Positions 21,603 through 33,855 of a stretch of DNA of 34,461 bases are shown in pieces. The DNA lies in the NCBI GenBank assembly GCA_038154165.1, contig JAYOZO010000001.1, positions 22,297 through 56,757 on the forward strand, read 5' to 3'. Below the pieces are notes generated by a model that worked only from the letters and a program-made list of their open reading frames with translations, was not told where the DNA came from and ran no database searches. Source of the stretch: Thiothrix sp. (lineage in GTDB: Bacteria > Pseudomonadota > Gammaproteobacteria > Poriferisulfidales > GCA-002705445). Each line of letters begins with the position of its first letter. Within the stretch, counting starts at the first letter, position 1. The position numbers and the translations under genes were made by a program.

Positions 21603-22472
21603 ATGGCAAAAAGAAAAAGTGGTTTAGGAAATAAAGGGGTTGAAGTTCTTTTTAGCTCATCAAAAGCTAAAAAAGTAGAAACCTATGAAGCCTCTCAAGA
21701 AATAGAAGTTTCAAAGATTGGTATAAGCCCATATCAGCCAAGAATAAATTTTGATTTAGAAAGCCTTGAATCTTTAGTGGAGTCTATAAGAGAGGAAGGA
21801 GTCATACAGCCTATATTGCTTAGAAAAACAAAAGAAGATGAGTTTGAACTTATAGCTGGCGAAAGAAGATTAAGGGCTGTAAAGATTTTAGGGCATAAGA
21901 AAATTCCTGCAATTGTAAAGCTTGTGGGAGATGAATCTGCGGCTATATATGCTTTGTTAGAAAACGTTCAAAGGGAAAATTTAAACCCTATCGAAGAAGC
22001 TATGGGCTTAGAAAAACTAATCAAAAAATTTAAGTTTACTCAAGAAATTTTATCTAAGAAGACTGGCAAATCAAGATCTCATATATCGAACTTGATAAGA
22101 CTGTTATCCTTAGACGCATACGTAATTAAATTATTGTCTGAGCAAAAAATTGATATGGGTCATGCAAGGGCTTTATTGCCTTTAGCCAAAAATTCACAGA
22201 AACATTTTGCTGATAAGATAGTTAAGGAAAAATTATCAGTAAGGGAAGTAGAAAATCTAGTAAATTCAAAAAAAACACCCGCATCAAGGAAATATTCTAT
22301 AAAGACTAAGGACTCGCAATTATTGAGCATTGAAAAACAATTAAGTGAAAAATATGGGGTTTATACTCAAATCGATTATTCTTCATTAAAAAAAAATGGC
22401 AAAATTATATTTAAATATAGCAATTTAGAAGTCTTAGAGGGACTTTTGAGTAAATTAGGATATAAAAAATAG
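21603..22472 (+). CDS. parB: chromosome partitioning protein ParB (Spo0J)
   Basis: ParB box motifs (ISPYQPR, LIAGERRLRA), an HTH region (TQEILSKKTGKSRSHISNLIRLL) and MGHARALL. Confidence 0.93.
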   Translation: MAKRKSGLGNKGVEVLFSSSKAKKVETYEASQEIEVSKIGISPYQPRINFDLESLESLVESIREEGVIQPILLRKTKEDEFELIAGERRLRAVKILGHKKIPAIVKLVGDESAAIYALLENVQRENLNPIEEAMGLEKLIKKFKFTQEILSKKTGKSRSHISNLIRLLSLDAYVIKLLSEQKIDMGHARALLPLAKNSQKHFADKIVKEKLSVREVENLVNSKKTPASRKYSIKTKDSQLLSIEKQLSEKYGVYTQIDYSSLKKNGKIIFKYSNLEVLEGLLSKLGYKK

Positions 22473-22549
22473 TTTTTGCAAAATTTTCTTTAAAATTATA
22501 AAAAATGATTATATGTAATTTAAATTTGCAGATATCAATATTAAATATA

Positions 22550-22578
22550 TTGATAAATTTCATGACTCTTAATATACT
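22550..22578 (+). promoter_or_regulatory. candidate sigma70-type promoter of the atp operon
   Basis: TTGATA (22550-55), a 17-nt spacer, then TATACT (22573-78), 18 nt upstream of the atpI ATG. The -35 element overlaps the right arm of a 9-bp perfect inverted repeat (22533-22555). Confidence 0.4.
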
Positions 22579-22595
22579 TCATACCCGAAGAGATT

Positions 22596-22940
22596 ATGTT
22601 TCTTAGAAAGCTATTAATTGAACTTTTAATATTTACGATAATAGCCTCAATTATATGGTTTTTCTCAGATATTTATATGGCGTCTTCTTTTATATATGGG
22701 GCAAGTGTTAGCTTTTTTTCAAACGCATATTCTGCATATATGATGCTCTTTTATAGGGCCAAGACGATTAAAGAAGAGGCTCGGCGATTTTATATTGCAG
22801 AATTTGGAAAATGGTTTATTTCAGCGACAATGTTTGCTTTAATATTCCTAAATTTAGAGGTCGTAAATCCAATATTATTCTTTGCGGCATTTATCTTTGC
22901 AAATTTAGTGGCAATATTTTTTATAAAACTAAAATTTTAG
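22596..22940 (+). CDS. atpI: ATP synthase protein I
   Basis: Small (114 aa) polytopic hydrophobic protein in the canonical position just upstream of atpB. Confidence 0.7.
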   Translation: MFLRKLLIELLIFTIIASIIWFFSDIYMASSFIYGASVSFFSNAYSAYMMLFYRAKTIKEEARRFYIAEFGKWFISATMFALIFLNLEVVNPILFFAAFIFANLVAIFFIKLKF

Positions 22941-22949
22941 AAATAGTGA

Positions 22950-23834
<885 letters not shown>

Positions 23835-23860
23835 GTATTTTTAATGACAATTAATAGTAG

Positions 23861-24103
<243 letters not shown>

Positions 24104-24127
24104 ATATTTAATAAATAGGAGTAAAAA

Positions 24128-24598
24128 TTGAATATTAATTTAACTTTAATTGGGCAAGCAATATCATTTGCTATTTTTGTATGGTTCTGTATGAAATTTG
24201 TTTGGCCACCATTGACTTCAGCTTTAGAAGAAAGAAAAAAGAAGATTGCCGATGGTCTCGCAGCAGCTGAACTTGGACAGCAAGCTCTTGAAAACGCAAA
24301 AGAAGAAGTTGGTATAAAGCTTGCCGATGCAAAATCCGAGGCTAAAAATATAATATCTATGGCGGAAAAAAGACAAGGCGATATTTTAGAAGAAGCAAAT
24401 GCCAAAGCGTCTGAAGAGGCCAAAAAAAAATTAAAGTTAGCAGAGCAAGAAGTTGAACAACTATCAATGAAACTTAAAGAATCTTTAAAAAAGGATGTTT
24501 CAAAACTTGTAATTGAAGGAGTAGAAATGATTTTGAAAAAAGAAATTGATAAAAAAGCTCATGATAAAGCAATTCAAGATTTGGTAACTAAAATATAA
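24128..24598 (+). CDS. atpF: F0F1 ATP synthase subunit b
   Basis: N-terminal TM segment ([22 protein letters not shown]) followed by a long charged coiled coil. TTG start with AGGAG Shine-Dalgarno. Confidence 0.9.
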   Translation: MNINLTLIGQAISFAIFVWFCMKFVWPPLTSALEERKKKIADGLAAAELGQQALENAKEEVGIKLADAKSEAKNIISMAEKRQGDILEEANAKASEEAKKKLKLAEQEVEQLSMKLKESLKKDVSKLVIEGVEMILKKEIDKKAHDKAIQDLVTKI

Positions 24599-24602
24599 AA
24601 TT

Positions 24603-25136
24603 ATGTCTGAATTACTTACAACAGCGCGGCCATATGCAAAAGCATTATTTGAGAACGCTAAAAATAAAAATATGATTGCTGTATATCTTGATATGCTGAA
24701 AAATTTGGATGCAGTTTCAAGCGAAATAAATGTAAAAAATATTTTACAGAATGATTCATATGATAGTTTATATAAAGCAAATATTTTATCTGGCATATTA
24801 AGCAATAATGTGGATGAAAATTTTTTAAGATTTATAAAATTATTAGCAGAAAATAATAGATTAAATGTAATCTCAGAGATTTTGAATTTATATGATAGTT
24901 ATTTTCAGGACGAAAAAAATTTAAAAATAGCAAAGATTAATACCGCATTTGAGTTAGATGAGGAGCAGCTAAAAAATATTAAACAAGCTTTGGAACAAAG
25001 ATTTAAAAAAGAGATTAGCTTAGAACAAAATGTAGACCCAGCGCTTTTGGCTGGAGCAGTAGTTAAAGTTGATGATCTAGTGATCGATGGTTCGCTTCGT
25101 GAACGGTTAAGAAAACTAGAGTCTCAATTAATTTGA
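24603..25136 (+). CDS. atpH: F0F1 ATP synthase subunit delta
   Basis: N-terminal [10 protein letters not shown] motif. 177 aa. Operon position fits. Confidence 0.9.
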   Translation: MSELLTTARPYAKALFENAKNKNMIAVYLDMLKNLDAVSSEINVKNILQNDSYDSLYKANILSGILSNNVDENFLRFIKLLAENNRLNVISEILNLYDSYFQDEKNLKIAKINTAFELDEEQLKNIKQALEQRFKKEISLEQNVDPALLAGAVVKVDDLVIDGSLRERLRKLESQLI

Positions 25137-25155
25137 AACAATAGAGGTAAAAATA

Positions 25156-26697
25156 ATGCAACTTAGTCCAACAGAAATTAGTGATTTAATAAAAAAAAGA
25201 ATCGATGGCTCTGATTTATCTGCAGAAGCAAAGACGGAGGGAACAATTGTAGCAGTGACAGATGGCATTGTTAGAATTCACGGTTTGTCTAATGTTATGG
25301 CTGGAGAAATGATTGAATTTCCAAAAAATACATTTGGTTTAGCTCTTAATTTAGAAAGAGATTCTGTTGGGGCAGTTATATTAGGCGACTATCAGCACTT
25401 ATCTGAAGGAGATATTGCTAAATGTACAGGGAAAATTCTAGAGGTCCCAGTAGGTGAAGAGCTAATAGGAAGAGTTGTAAATTCTTTAGGTGCGCCAATA
25501 GATGGAAAAGGAGAAATAAAAGTAAATGAATTTTCGCCAATAGAAAAAATTGCTCCTGGCGTTATACAAAGAAAATCAGTTGATCAGCCAGTGCAGACCG
25601 GACTTAAATCAATTGATTCTATGGTTCCAATTGGAAGAGGCCAGAGGGAGTTAATTATTGGCGATAGACAAACTGGCAAGACTGCCATTGCAATTGATAC
25701 TATTATTAATCAAAAAGGAACAGGTGTTAAATGTATTTATGTTGCTATAGGACAGAAGGCTTCGTCGGTTTCGAACGTAGTTAAAAAATTAGAAGAACAC
25801 GGCGCTTTAGAGCACACTATTGTTGTAGCTTCTACTGCGTCTGAATCTGCCGCAATGCAATATATTGCTCCATACGCAGGTTGTTCGATGGGAGAATATT
25901 TTAGAGATAAAGGAGAAGATGCTTTAATAATTTATGACGATTTAAGTAAGCAGGCTGTCGCATATAGACAAGTTTCTTTATTATTGAAAAGGCCTCCTGG
26001 CAGAGAAGCTTATCCTGGAGATGTGTTCTACTTACATTCCAGATTGCTTGAAAGAGCATCAAGGGTTAATGCTGAATATGTTGAAAAAATAACTAATGGA
26101 AAAGTAAAAGGCAAAACTGGGTCATTAACTGCTATGCCAATTATTGAAACTCAAGCTGGTGACGTTTCTGCATTTGTTCCAACTAACGTTATCTCTATTA
26201 CAGATGGGCAAATATTTCTTGAGTCCAATTTATTTAATTCTGGATTAAGGCCTGCTGTAGATGCGGGTTTATCTGTATCAAGAGTTGGCGGTGCTGCACA
26301 AACTAAATTAGTCAAGAAGCTTGGCGGCGGAGTAAGGCTTGCTCTTGCACAGTATAGGGAACTAGCGGCTTTCTCTCAGTTTGCATCTGACTTAGATGAG
26401 CAAACAAGAAAACAACTTGAGCGCGGTAAAAGAGTGATGGAGCTAATGAAACAAACCCAATACTCACCATTGAATATTTCATCTATGGGTTTAGTTTTGT
26501 ATGCGGCAAACGAAGGATATTTAGATAATATTGAAGTTAATAAAATAAAAGATTTTGAAAAAGCTTTAATTGGTTTTGCTACATCTCAATATGCTGACTT
26601 TATGAATTCGATAGAAAATTCTGGAGATTATAATGATGAAATTGGGTCAACATTAAAAGAGATGTTAGAGAAATTTGTATCAACACAAACTTGGTAA
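25156..26697 (+). CDS. atpA: F0F1 ATP synthase subunit alpha
   Basis: Walker [16 protein letters not shown], plus [21 protein letters not shown]. Confidence 0.98.
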   Translation: MQLSPTEISDLIKKRIDGSDLSAEAKTEGTIVAVTDGIVRIHGLSNVMAGEMIEFPKNTFGLALNLERDSVGAVILGDYQHLSEGDIAKCTGKILEVPVGEELIGRVVNSLGAPIDGKGEIKVNEFSPIEKIAPGVIQRKSVDQPVQTGLKSIDSMVPIGRGQRELIIGDRQTGKTAIAIDTIINQKGTGVKCIYVAIGQKASSVSNVVKKLEEHGALEHTIVVASTASESAAMQYIAPYAGCSMGEYFRDKGEDALIIYDDLSKQAVAYRQVSLLLKRPPGREAYPGDVFYLHSRLLERASRVNAEYVEKITNGKVKGKTGSLTAMPIIETQAGDVSAFVPTNVISITDGQIFLESNLFNSGLRPAVDAGLSVSRVGGAAQTKLVKKLGGGVRLALAQYRELAAFSQFASDLDEQTRKQLERGKRVMELMKQTQYSPLNISSMGLVLYAANEGYLDNIEVNKIKDFEKALIGFATSQYADFMNSIENSGDYNDEIGSTLKEMLEKFVSTQTW

Positions 26698-26702
26698 AGT
26701 AG

Positions 26703-27566
26703 ATGTCAGGCGGAAAAGAAATAAAAGGACAGATCTTGAGTATAAAAAATACTCAGAAAATAACTAAAGCTATGGAAATGGTAGCGGCTAGTAAGATGAA
26801 AAAAGCTCAAGGGAGAATGACTGCTGCAAGGCCATATGCTAAGATGATTAAGAATGTAGTTGGTCACTTGGCTAATGCTCATCCTGAGTATAAACATCCC
26901 TTTTTAGTTCACAGAGATTCTGTCAAAAGGGCTGGTCTTATAATTATAAGCACTGATAGAGGTTTATGTGGGGGTTTAAACACAAATTTATTTAAGCAGG
27001 CATTAAAAAAAATTAATGATTGGAAAAAGAATTCTATTGAAGTTGATGTTTGCACAATTGGCTCAAAAGCAGAAAGATTTTTTAAAAGATTAGATGTAAA
27101 TTTAGTTGCCAAAGCCTCTCACCTTGGAGATAGTCCAGAAATAAATGATGTAATTGGCCCAATAAAAATCATGTTAGACAATTATATCGAGGGCAATATT
27201 GATGAATTGCATTTAGCAGAAAATAAATTTATTAATACAATGTCACAAGAGCCAGTGGTAACACACCTTATCCCAACTATGCCCAGCCAGGAAGGTGAAC
27301 GTTCTCATCATTGGGATTATATTTATGAGCCAGACTCAAAAAGCGTCATTGATAATTTGTTGGTTAGATTTATTGAGTCATTAGTTTACAGAGGAATAGT
27401 TGAAAATGTTGCGTGTGAAATGTCTGCAAGGATGGTAGCAATGAAGAGCGCATCAGACAATGCAAGTAATCTAATTGACGAATTGCAATTAATTTATAAC
27501 AAAGCTAGACAAGCATCTATAACGCAGGAACTTTCAGAAATCGTAGCTGGGGCAGCTGCAGTTTAG
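26703..27566 (+). CDS. atpG: F0F1 ATP synthase subunit gamma
   Basis: N-terminal [28 protein letters not shown] and C-terminal [19 protein letters not shown]. Confidence 0.95.
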   Translation: MSGGKEIKGQILSIKNTQKITKAMEMVAASKMKKAQGRMTAARPYAKMIKNVVGHLANAHPEYKHPFLVHRDSVKRAGLIIISTDRGLCGGLNTNLFKQALKKINDWKKNSIEVDVCTIGSKAERFFKRLDVNLVAKASHLGDSPEINDVIGPIKIMLDNYIEGNIDELHLAENKFINTMSQEPVVTHLIPTMPSQEGERSHHWDYIYEPDSKSVIDNLLVRFIESLVYRGIVENVACEMSARMVAMKSASDNASNLIDELQLIYNKARQASITQELSEIVAGAAAV

Positions 27567-27573
27567 TATTTAA

Positions 27574-28965
<1,392 letters not shown>

Positions 28966-28972
28966 GAAAAAA

Positions 28973-29392
28973 ATGACAACAATGCACTTAGATATAGTTA
29001 GCGCCGAAGAAGAAATATTTTCTGGAAGTGTAAAAAACATAGTTGCAGCTGCAATTATGGGAGAAGTTGGTATTTATCCAAAGCATACACCTATGATAAC
29101 GCCATTGAAACCGGGCGAAATAAAGGTTATAACTGAGAATGGGGAAGAATATTTTATCTATGTTTCAGGAGGTGTGCTTGAGGTTCAGCCTGATATTGTC
29201 ACTATTCTAGCTGATACTGCAATTAGAGGGGAAGACTTGGACGAAGCAAAAGCTGCAGAATCAAAGAAAAGAGCAGAGGAAGCATTAGCAGATAAAAATG
29301 ATAAAATTGACGCTGCCAAAGCCTTGGCAGAGTTAGCTCAGGCAACAGCGCAACTAAAAATGATCGCAAATCTAAGAAAAAAAAGTAAGTAA
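28973..29392 (+). CDS. atpC: F0F1 ATP synthase subunit epsilon
   Basis: The ATG at 28973 gives 139 aa beginning MTTMHLDIVSAEEEIFSG, typical of epsilon. The ORF-track start at 28922 overlaps atpD and is unlikely. Confidence 0.9.
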   Translation: MTTMHLDIVSAEEEIFSGSVKNIVAAAIMGEVGIYPKHTPMITPLKPGEIKVITENGEEYFIYVSGGVLEVQPDIVTILADTAIRGEDLDEAKAAESKKRAEEALADKNDKIDAAKALAELAQATAQLKMIANLRKKSK

Positions 29393-29473
29393 TTTTCTTT
29401 ATTCTCTCAGATCTTGTGTATATTATGTAATCTCATAGTAGAATAAAGCCATTAAAATAAAATCAAAATTTAA

Positions 29474-30835
29474 ATGAGTTTAAATATAATTATTCTTGCA
29501 GCTGGCAAAGGAAGAAGAATGAATAGTTCTTTACCAAAAGTCATGCATAAAGTTGGTGGATTAACAATGCTAGAACATGTTTTAATCTTATCAAAAAAAT
29601 TAAATCCCAAAACAATTAATGTTGTAACGAATTCTAAAGCTGATGATATAAAAAAATCATTCGAAAAATATAATGTAAATTGGTATACACAAGTAGAGCA
29701 AAAAGGAACCGCCGATGCTGTGAAAATCGTAATACGACATTTAGCTAGTAATGAAGAAGTATTGGTATTGTATGCTGATACTCCATTAATAGACTATAAA
29801 CTTTTAGAAAAATTTATAAAATATATGCCAAAAAGTGATGTTAAAGTTCTCACGGTAAATTTAGAAAATCCATTTGGATACGGAAGAATAATCAGGGAGC
29901 AGGCAGAAGAAGAAATTGTTGCAAAAATTATTGAAGAATTAGAGGCTGATCATACGCAAAAAAAAATTAAAGAATGTAATACAGGAATTATCTTTAGTAA
30001 TTCAACAACTTTAAAAAATTTAATAAGCAAAGTAGATAACAAAAATTCCAAAAAAGAATATTACTTAACAGATATTGTAAGCATTGCTAATAAACATAAT
30101 TTACTGGTAGTGCCTTTGCTAGCTGAAGAATCTAATTCATTATTAGGTGTAAATGACAAAATTCAATTAGAAAAAACGGAAAAGATTTATCAAAATAATA
30201 TAAGAAAAAAATTTTTAAGTCAGGGTGTTACTATGTTAGATTCTCAAACAGTATATTTTAAAGGTGATGTCTCAATAGGAAAGGACGTTGAAATCGAACA
30301 AAATGTTGTTTTTGAAGGAGCTGTTAAAATTGGAGATAAAGTTAAAATTGGCGCAAATACAAATATAAAAAATACACAAATATCAAGCGGAACCGAAATA
30401 AAAACATTTTCAATTATTGAGGACTCTACAATAGGCAGTAATTGCAGTATTGGCCCGTTTGCAAGAATAAGGCCAAATTGTAAGCTGGAAGAAAATGTGG
30501 GAATAGGAAATTTTGTTGAAGTTAAAGCAACTACAATAAAGAAAAATACAAAAGCAAATCATTTAACTTATTTAGGTGATACTGATATTGGTGAAAATGT
30601 AAATGTTGGGGCTGGGGTTATAACGTGTAATTATGATGGCGTTAATAAACATAAAACAATTATAAAAGATAATGTTTTTATAGGCTCTGACTCTCAGTTG
30701 ATAGCTCCTATTGTTGTTGAAGAAGGAGTAACTATAGCAGCGGGATCAACCATTACGGATAATTCTGATAAAGATAGTTTATTAATTGCAAGATCAAGAC
30801 AACAAGAAAAGAAAAATTGGAAAAAGATAAAATAA
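29474..30835 (+). CDS. glmU: bifunctional UDP-N-acetylglucosamine pyrophosphorylase / GlcN-1-P acetyltransferase
   Basis: N-terminal ILAAGKGRRM nucleotidyltransferase motif and C-terminal left-handed beta-helix hexapeptide repeats. 453 aa. Confidence 0.95.
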   Translation: MSLNIIILAAGKGRRMNSSLPKVMHKVGGLTMLEHVLILSKKLNPKTINVVTNSKADDIKKSFEKYNVNWYTQVEQKGTADAVKIVIRHLASNEEVLVLYADTPLIDYKLLEKFIKYMPKSDVKVLTVNLENPFGYGRIIREQAEEEIVAKIIEELEADHTQKKIKECNTGIIFSNSTTLKNLISKVDNKNSKKEYYLTDIVSIANKHNLLVVPLLAEESNSLLGVNDKIQLEKTEKIYQNNIRKKFLSQGVTMLDSQTVYFKGDVSIGKDVEIEQNVVFEGAVKIGDKVKIGANTNIKNTQISSGTEIKTFSIIEDSTIGSNCSIGPFARIRPNCKLEENVGIGNFVEVKATTIKKNTKANHLTYLGDTDIGENVNVGAGVITCNYDGVNKHKTIIKDNVFIGSDSQLIAPIVVEEGVTIAAGSTITDNSDKDSLLIARSRQQEKKNWKKIK

Positions 30836-32659
30836 ATGTGCGGAATTGTTGCAGCAGTATCTAAATCAAATGTTACTGATATATTATTGGCGGGGTTAAA
30901 GCATCTAGAATATAGAGGTTATGATTCGGCTGGTATGGCTATATTAAAAAATAATGTTTTAATTAATTATCGTCAAAAAGGAAATGTTGAAGAACTCAGT
31001 AAATTATTAGATGCTTCAGTTAACTCTAATATCGGTATTGCTCACACAAGATGGGCAACTCACGGTAAACCTTCAAAAGAAAATGCTCATCCGCATATTT
31101 CAAATGACGCCATTGCAATTGTACATAACGGAATTATTGAAAATTATTTAGATATAAAAAAAAAATTTTTAAAAAGTTATAAATTTTTATCAGAAACTGA
31201 TTCAGAAATATTGGCTCATTTAATAAATTATTTTTCAAAAGATAATGAGATTCTTGATGCTGTTCATCTTGCGATTGCTGAAGTCAAGGGGTCTTACGCT
31301 GTAGCAGTTTTAGATAAAAATAATCCAGATAAAATAATAGTCGCCAGAAACGGCAGCCCTTTATTAATTGGGCTTGGCGAAGAAAAAAATTTTATTGCAT
31401 CTGATGGGCTTGCATTAATAAAACACACAAATAGATTTGTGTACTTGGAAGATGGTGATTTAGCAACAGTGAGTTCAGAAGAAGTTAAAATATACGATAA
31501 AAATAAACAAAATATAAGAAGAGAAACAAAAAAAAGTAGCTTATCTTTAAGTAGTCATTCAAAGGATGGTTATGATCATTTTATGCTTAAGGAAATCTTT
31601 GAGCAGCCAAATGCTGTAAAATCTACTATTGAAAATAGAATAATAAATAATTCTGTTCCAAAAGAAATATTAGGCCCAAATGCTGCACAGTATTTAGAAA
31701 AATTCAAAGTGGTACAAATAATTGCTTGTGGAACAAGTTACCATGCTGCGCTTGTGGCTAAGCACTGGCTAGAAAGATTGGCAGGAATTCCCTGTCATGC
31801 TGAAATATCAAGTGAATTTAGATATCGTCGTCATGCTGTTCAAAAAGATACTTTATTAATTTGTATTTCACAGTCTGGGGAAACAGCAGATACATTGGCG
31901 GCATTGAGAGAGATAAAAAAGGAAGATTATTATGTTGGAACAATTGCAGTTTGTAACGTTCCAGAAAGCTCTTTGGCTAGAGAGTGTGATTCAACTTTAA
32001 TTACACATGCAGGACCTGAAATTGGAGTGGCTTCTACTAAAGCTTTTACTACTCAACTAACAGCTTTAATGTTACTAGTAATTATTCTTGGAAAAAGGTT
32101 TGAAGTTACATCTGATCTAGAAAATTCACTGTGCATGCAGTTAAAAACTTTACCGAATAAAATAGAAAGTACTTTGGCATTGAATCAAAAAATTGCAGAA
32201 CTTGCTAAAATATTTTCTGACAAAGAACATGCTTTATTCCTAGGAAGAGGATCTCATTACCCAATTGCAAGAGAAGGTGCTTTAAAGTTAAAAGAAATTT
32301 CTTATATACATGCAGAAGCTTATGCAGCAGGAGAATTAAAACACGGCCCACTTGCAATTGTAGATGAAAATATGCCGGTAGTAGCTGTGGCTCCGAATAA
32401 CGTTATTTTAGAAAAACTTAAATCTAATTTAGAAGAAGTTAAAGCTCGAGGCGGAAAACTTTATATATTTGCTGATAAAAGAGCAGGCTTTACAAGTGAC
32501 GAGATATCGCAAGTTTTTGAAATTGATGCCCCAATGAATCCAGTTGCTCCAATATTATTTACCATTCCACTTCAGCTTCTTGCATATCATTGCGCCATTA
32601 TCAAGGGTAATAATGTAGATATGCCAAGGAATTTGGCAAAGTCAGTCACAGTGGAGTAA
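30836..32659 (+). CDS. glmS: glutamine--fructose-6-phosphate aminotransferase
   Basis: N-terminal nucleophile MCGIVA, two SIS domains (CGTSYHA, SQSGETADT), and the C-terminal DMPRNLAKSVTVE. Confidence 0.98.
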   Translation: MCGIVAAVSKSNVTDILLAGLKHLEYRGYDSAGMAILKNNVLINYRQKGNVEELSKLLDASVNSNIGIAHTRWATHGKPSKENAHPHISNDAIAIVHNGIIENYLDIKKKFLKSYKFLSETDSEILAHLINYFSKDNEILDAVHLAIAEVKGSYAVAVLDKNNPDKIIVARNGSPLLIGLGEEKNFIASDGLALIKHTNRFVYLEDGDLATVSSEEVKIYDKNKQNIRRETKKSSLSLSSHSKDGYDHFMLKEIFEQPNAVKSTIENRIINNSVPKEILGPNAAQYLEKFKVVQIIACGTSYHAALVAKHWLERLAGIPCHAEISSEFRYRRHAVQKDTLLICISQSGETADTLAALREIKKEDYYVGTIAVCNVPESSLARECDSTLITHAGPEIGVASTKAFTTQLTALMLLVIILGKRFEVTSDLENSLCMQLKTLPNKIESTLALNQKIAELAKIFSDKEHALFLGRGSHYPIAREGALKLKEISYIHAEAYAAGELKHGPLAIVDENMPVVAVAPNNVILEKLKSNLEEVKARGGKLYIFADKRAGFTSDEISQVFEIDAPMNPVAPILFTIPLQLLAYHCAIIKGNNVDMPRNLAKSVTVE

Positions 32660-32689
32660 GTTTCAATTAACATGATGGGTCAGTCTTAC
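32648..32689 (+). repeat. att-like direct repeat, copy 1 (covers the glmS stop and 30 nt downstream)
   Basis: acagtggagtaagtttcaattaacatgatgggtcagtcttac. By hand alignment, 34/42 positions are identical to 33779-33820. The perfect 16-nt core ACATGATGGGTCAGTC is at 32670-32685. Confidence 0.8.
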
Positions 32690-32865
32690 GGTATTTATTT
32701 TTATGTCGTGTAAAAATATTTACAATCATAAAAACATAATTAATTGTGGATAACATTTTTTAAGTTTTGTATCACGTAAAAGTTTCTTACCCGATACAAA
32801 AAATAAATTATTTGTAGATTATTTAATTTTAAAATTATAAGATTATTTTTTAACAAGGAAATTTT

Positions 32866-33318
32866 ATGAACAGATACTCAATTTTAAAAAACGAAATAAA
32901 AATATCACCAAAACTACATTTACAAAAACACGGAGTGCAAACATATATCTTACTACTAGGAATAACTGATGATGAATGTTTGCATTTACACATGGGAAAT
33001 AAGCAAACTTTATCTTTTACTAGATTTGATATACCTGATTTATTTAGATTAAATTTAGAACTTATCTATTCTGTAGACCCAAGTAAATGGAATTGTAAAA
33101 AAGATTCAGAAATTTTAAATGAGGATGATTGTTACGATTACCAAAGATTTACTAAATTTGAACCAGAGTATAAATTTAGTGGTTGGCGAGTATCTAAAAG
33201 TATAATTTGTTTAGTTCTTACCGAATTCCAACTCACTATGTTACAAGATCAAATGAGTAATCCCTTACAAAACATAAGTCGTAAAAAAGGTCCTCACCTG
33301 TGGGATCGTATAGGATGA
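32866..33318 (+). CDS. hypothetical protein (cassette ORF A)
   Basis: 150-aa ORF with AAGGA Shine-Dalgarno 8 nt upstream. It is first in a tightly packed three-gene unit. I recognise no motif. Confidence 0.55.
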   Translation: MNRYSILKNEIKISPKLHLQKHGVQTYILLLGITDDECLHLHMGNKQTLSFTRFDIPDLFRLNLELIYSVDPSKWNCKKDSEILNEDDCYDYQRFTKFEPEYKFSGWRVSKSIICLVLTEFQLTMLQDQMSNPLQNISRKKGPHLWDRIG

Positions 33319-33325
33319 AATCATA

Positions 33326-33547
33326 ATGACCATACCAACCTGTCCCAAATGCAATACAAAGACCTCTGAAGAGTCTCAACGATGGGTTCAAACAGATGGT
33401 TGGGGTGAATATTTAAGATATACTTTTGAAAACCTGCCAGATAAATACTTGGGAATTAAGTCCTATATGTGCACTAATACAAGATGCTTGAATGATTTTT
33501 TTCATTTCAATCGTGCCGAATACAAAATACCACTGGTGAAAAAATGA
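33326..33547 (+). CDS. hypothetical small zinc-ribbon protein (cassette ORF B)
   Basis: 73 aa. CPKC at residues 6-9 and C-x4-C (CTNTRC) near residue 49 give a four-Cys ribbon arrangement. It starts 7 nt after ORF A, and its stop overlaps the ORF C start (ATGA). Confidence 0.6.
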   Translation: MTIPTCPKCNTKTSEESQRWVQTDGWGEYLRYTFENLPDKYLGIKSYMCTNTRCLNDFFHFNRAEYKIPLVKK

Positions 33548-33747
33548 CTACGAAACCACCATGTCCAAAATGTGGTTCAGAACTTATTTTAGATATCTCT
33601 TATGGTTATCCAAGTCCTGAAGCATTTGAAAATAAGTCATTTTATAGTGGCGGTTGTTGTGTTGATACTTCTTCGCCAGCATATCATTGCACCAGTTGCA
33701 AACATGACTTTGGGAAAATAGATCTTAGTGACTTTCTTGATGAATAA
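33544..33747 (+). CDS. hypothetical small zinc-ribbon protein (cassette ORF C)
   Basis: 67 aa. CPKC at residues 7-10, then YGYPSPE...GGCC...HCTSC. It resembles a widespread uncharacterised C4 zinc-ribbon architecture (CxxC...YG.P...GGC...CxxC). Its N-terminus is paralogous to that of ORF B. Confidence 0.65.
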   Translation: MTTKPPCPKCGSELILDISYGYPSPEAFENKSFYSGGCCVDTSSPAYHCTSCKHDFGKIDLSDFLDE

Positions 33748-33778
33748 TTACAAAAACACTGTTTAACAACAGCGCTCT

Positions 33779-33820
33779 ACAATGGGATAAGTTTGTATTC
33801 ACATGATGGGTCAGTCCTAA
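33779..33820 (+). repeat. att-like direct repeat, copy 2
   Basis: acaatgggataagtttgtattcacatgatgggtcagtcctaa. The core ACATGATGGGTCAGTC is at 33801-33816. It retains a degenerate image of the glmS terminal codons plus TAA. Confidence 0.8.
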
Positions 33821-33855
33821 TTTTACAATCTCAAAATAATCGGTACTATTAAAAT

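Noticed and set aside
32648-33820. Integron attC interpretation of the glmS-proximal repeats
   Set aside because: The repeats lack the imperfect internal dyad and the RYYYAAC/GTTRRRY cores of attC sites. No intI is present in the window.
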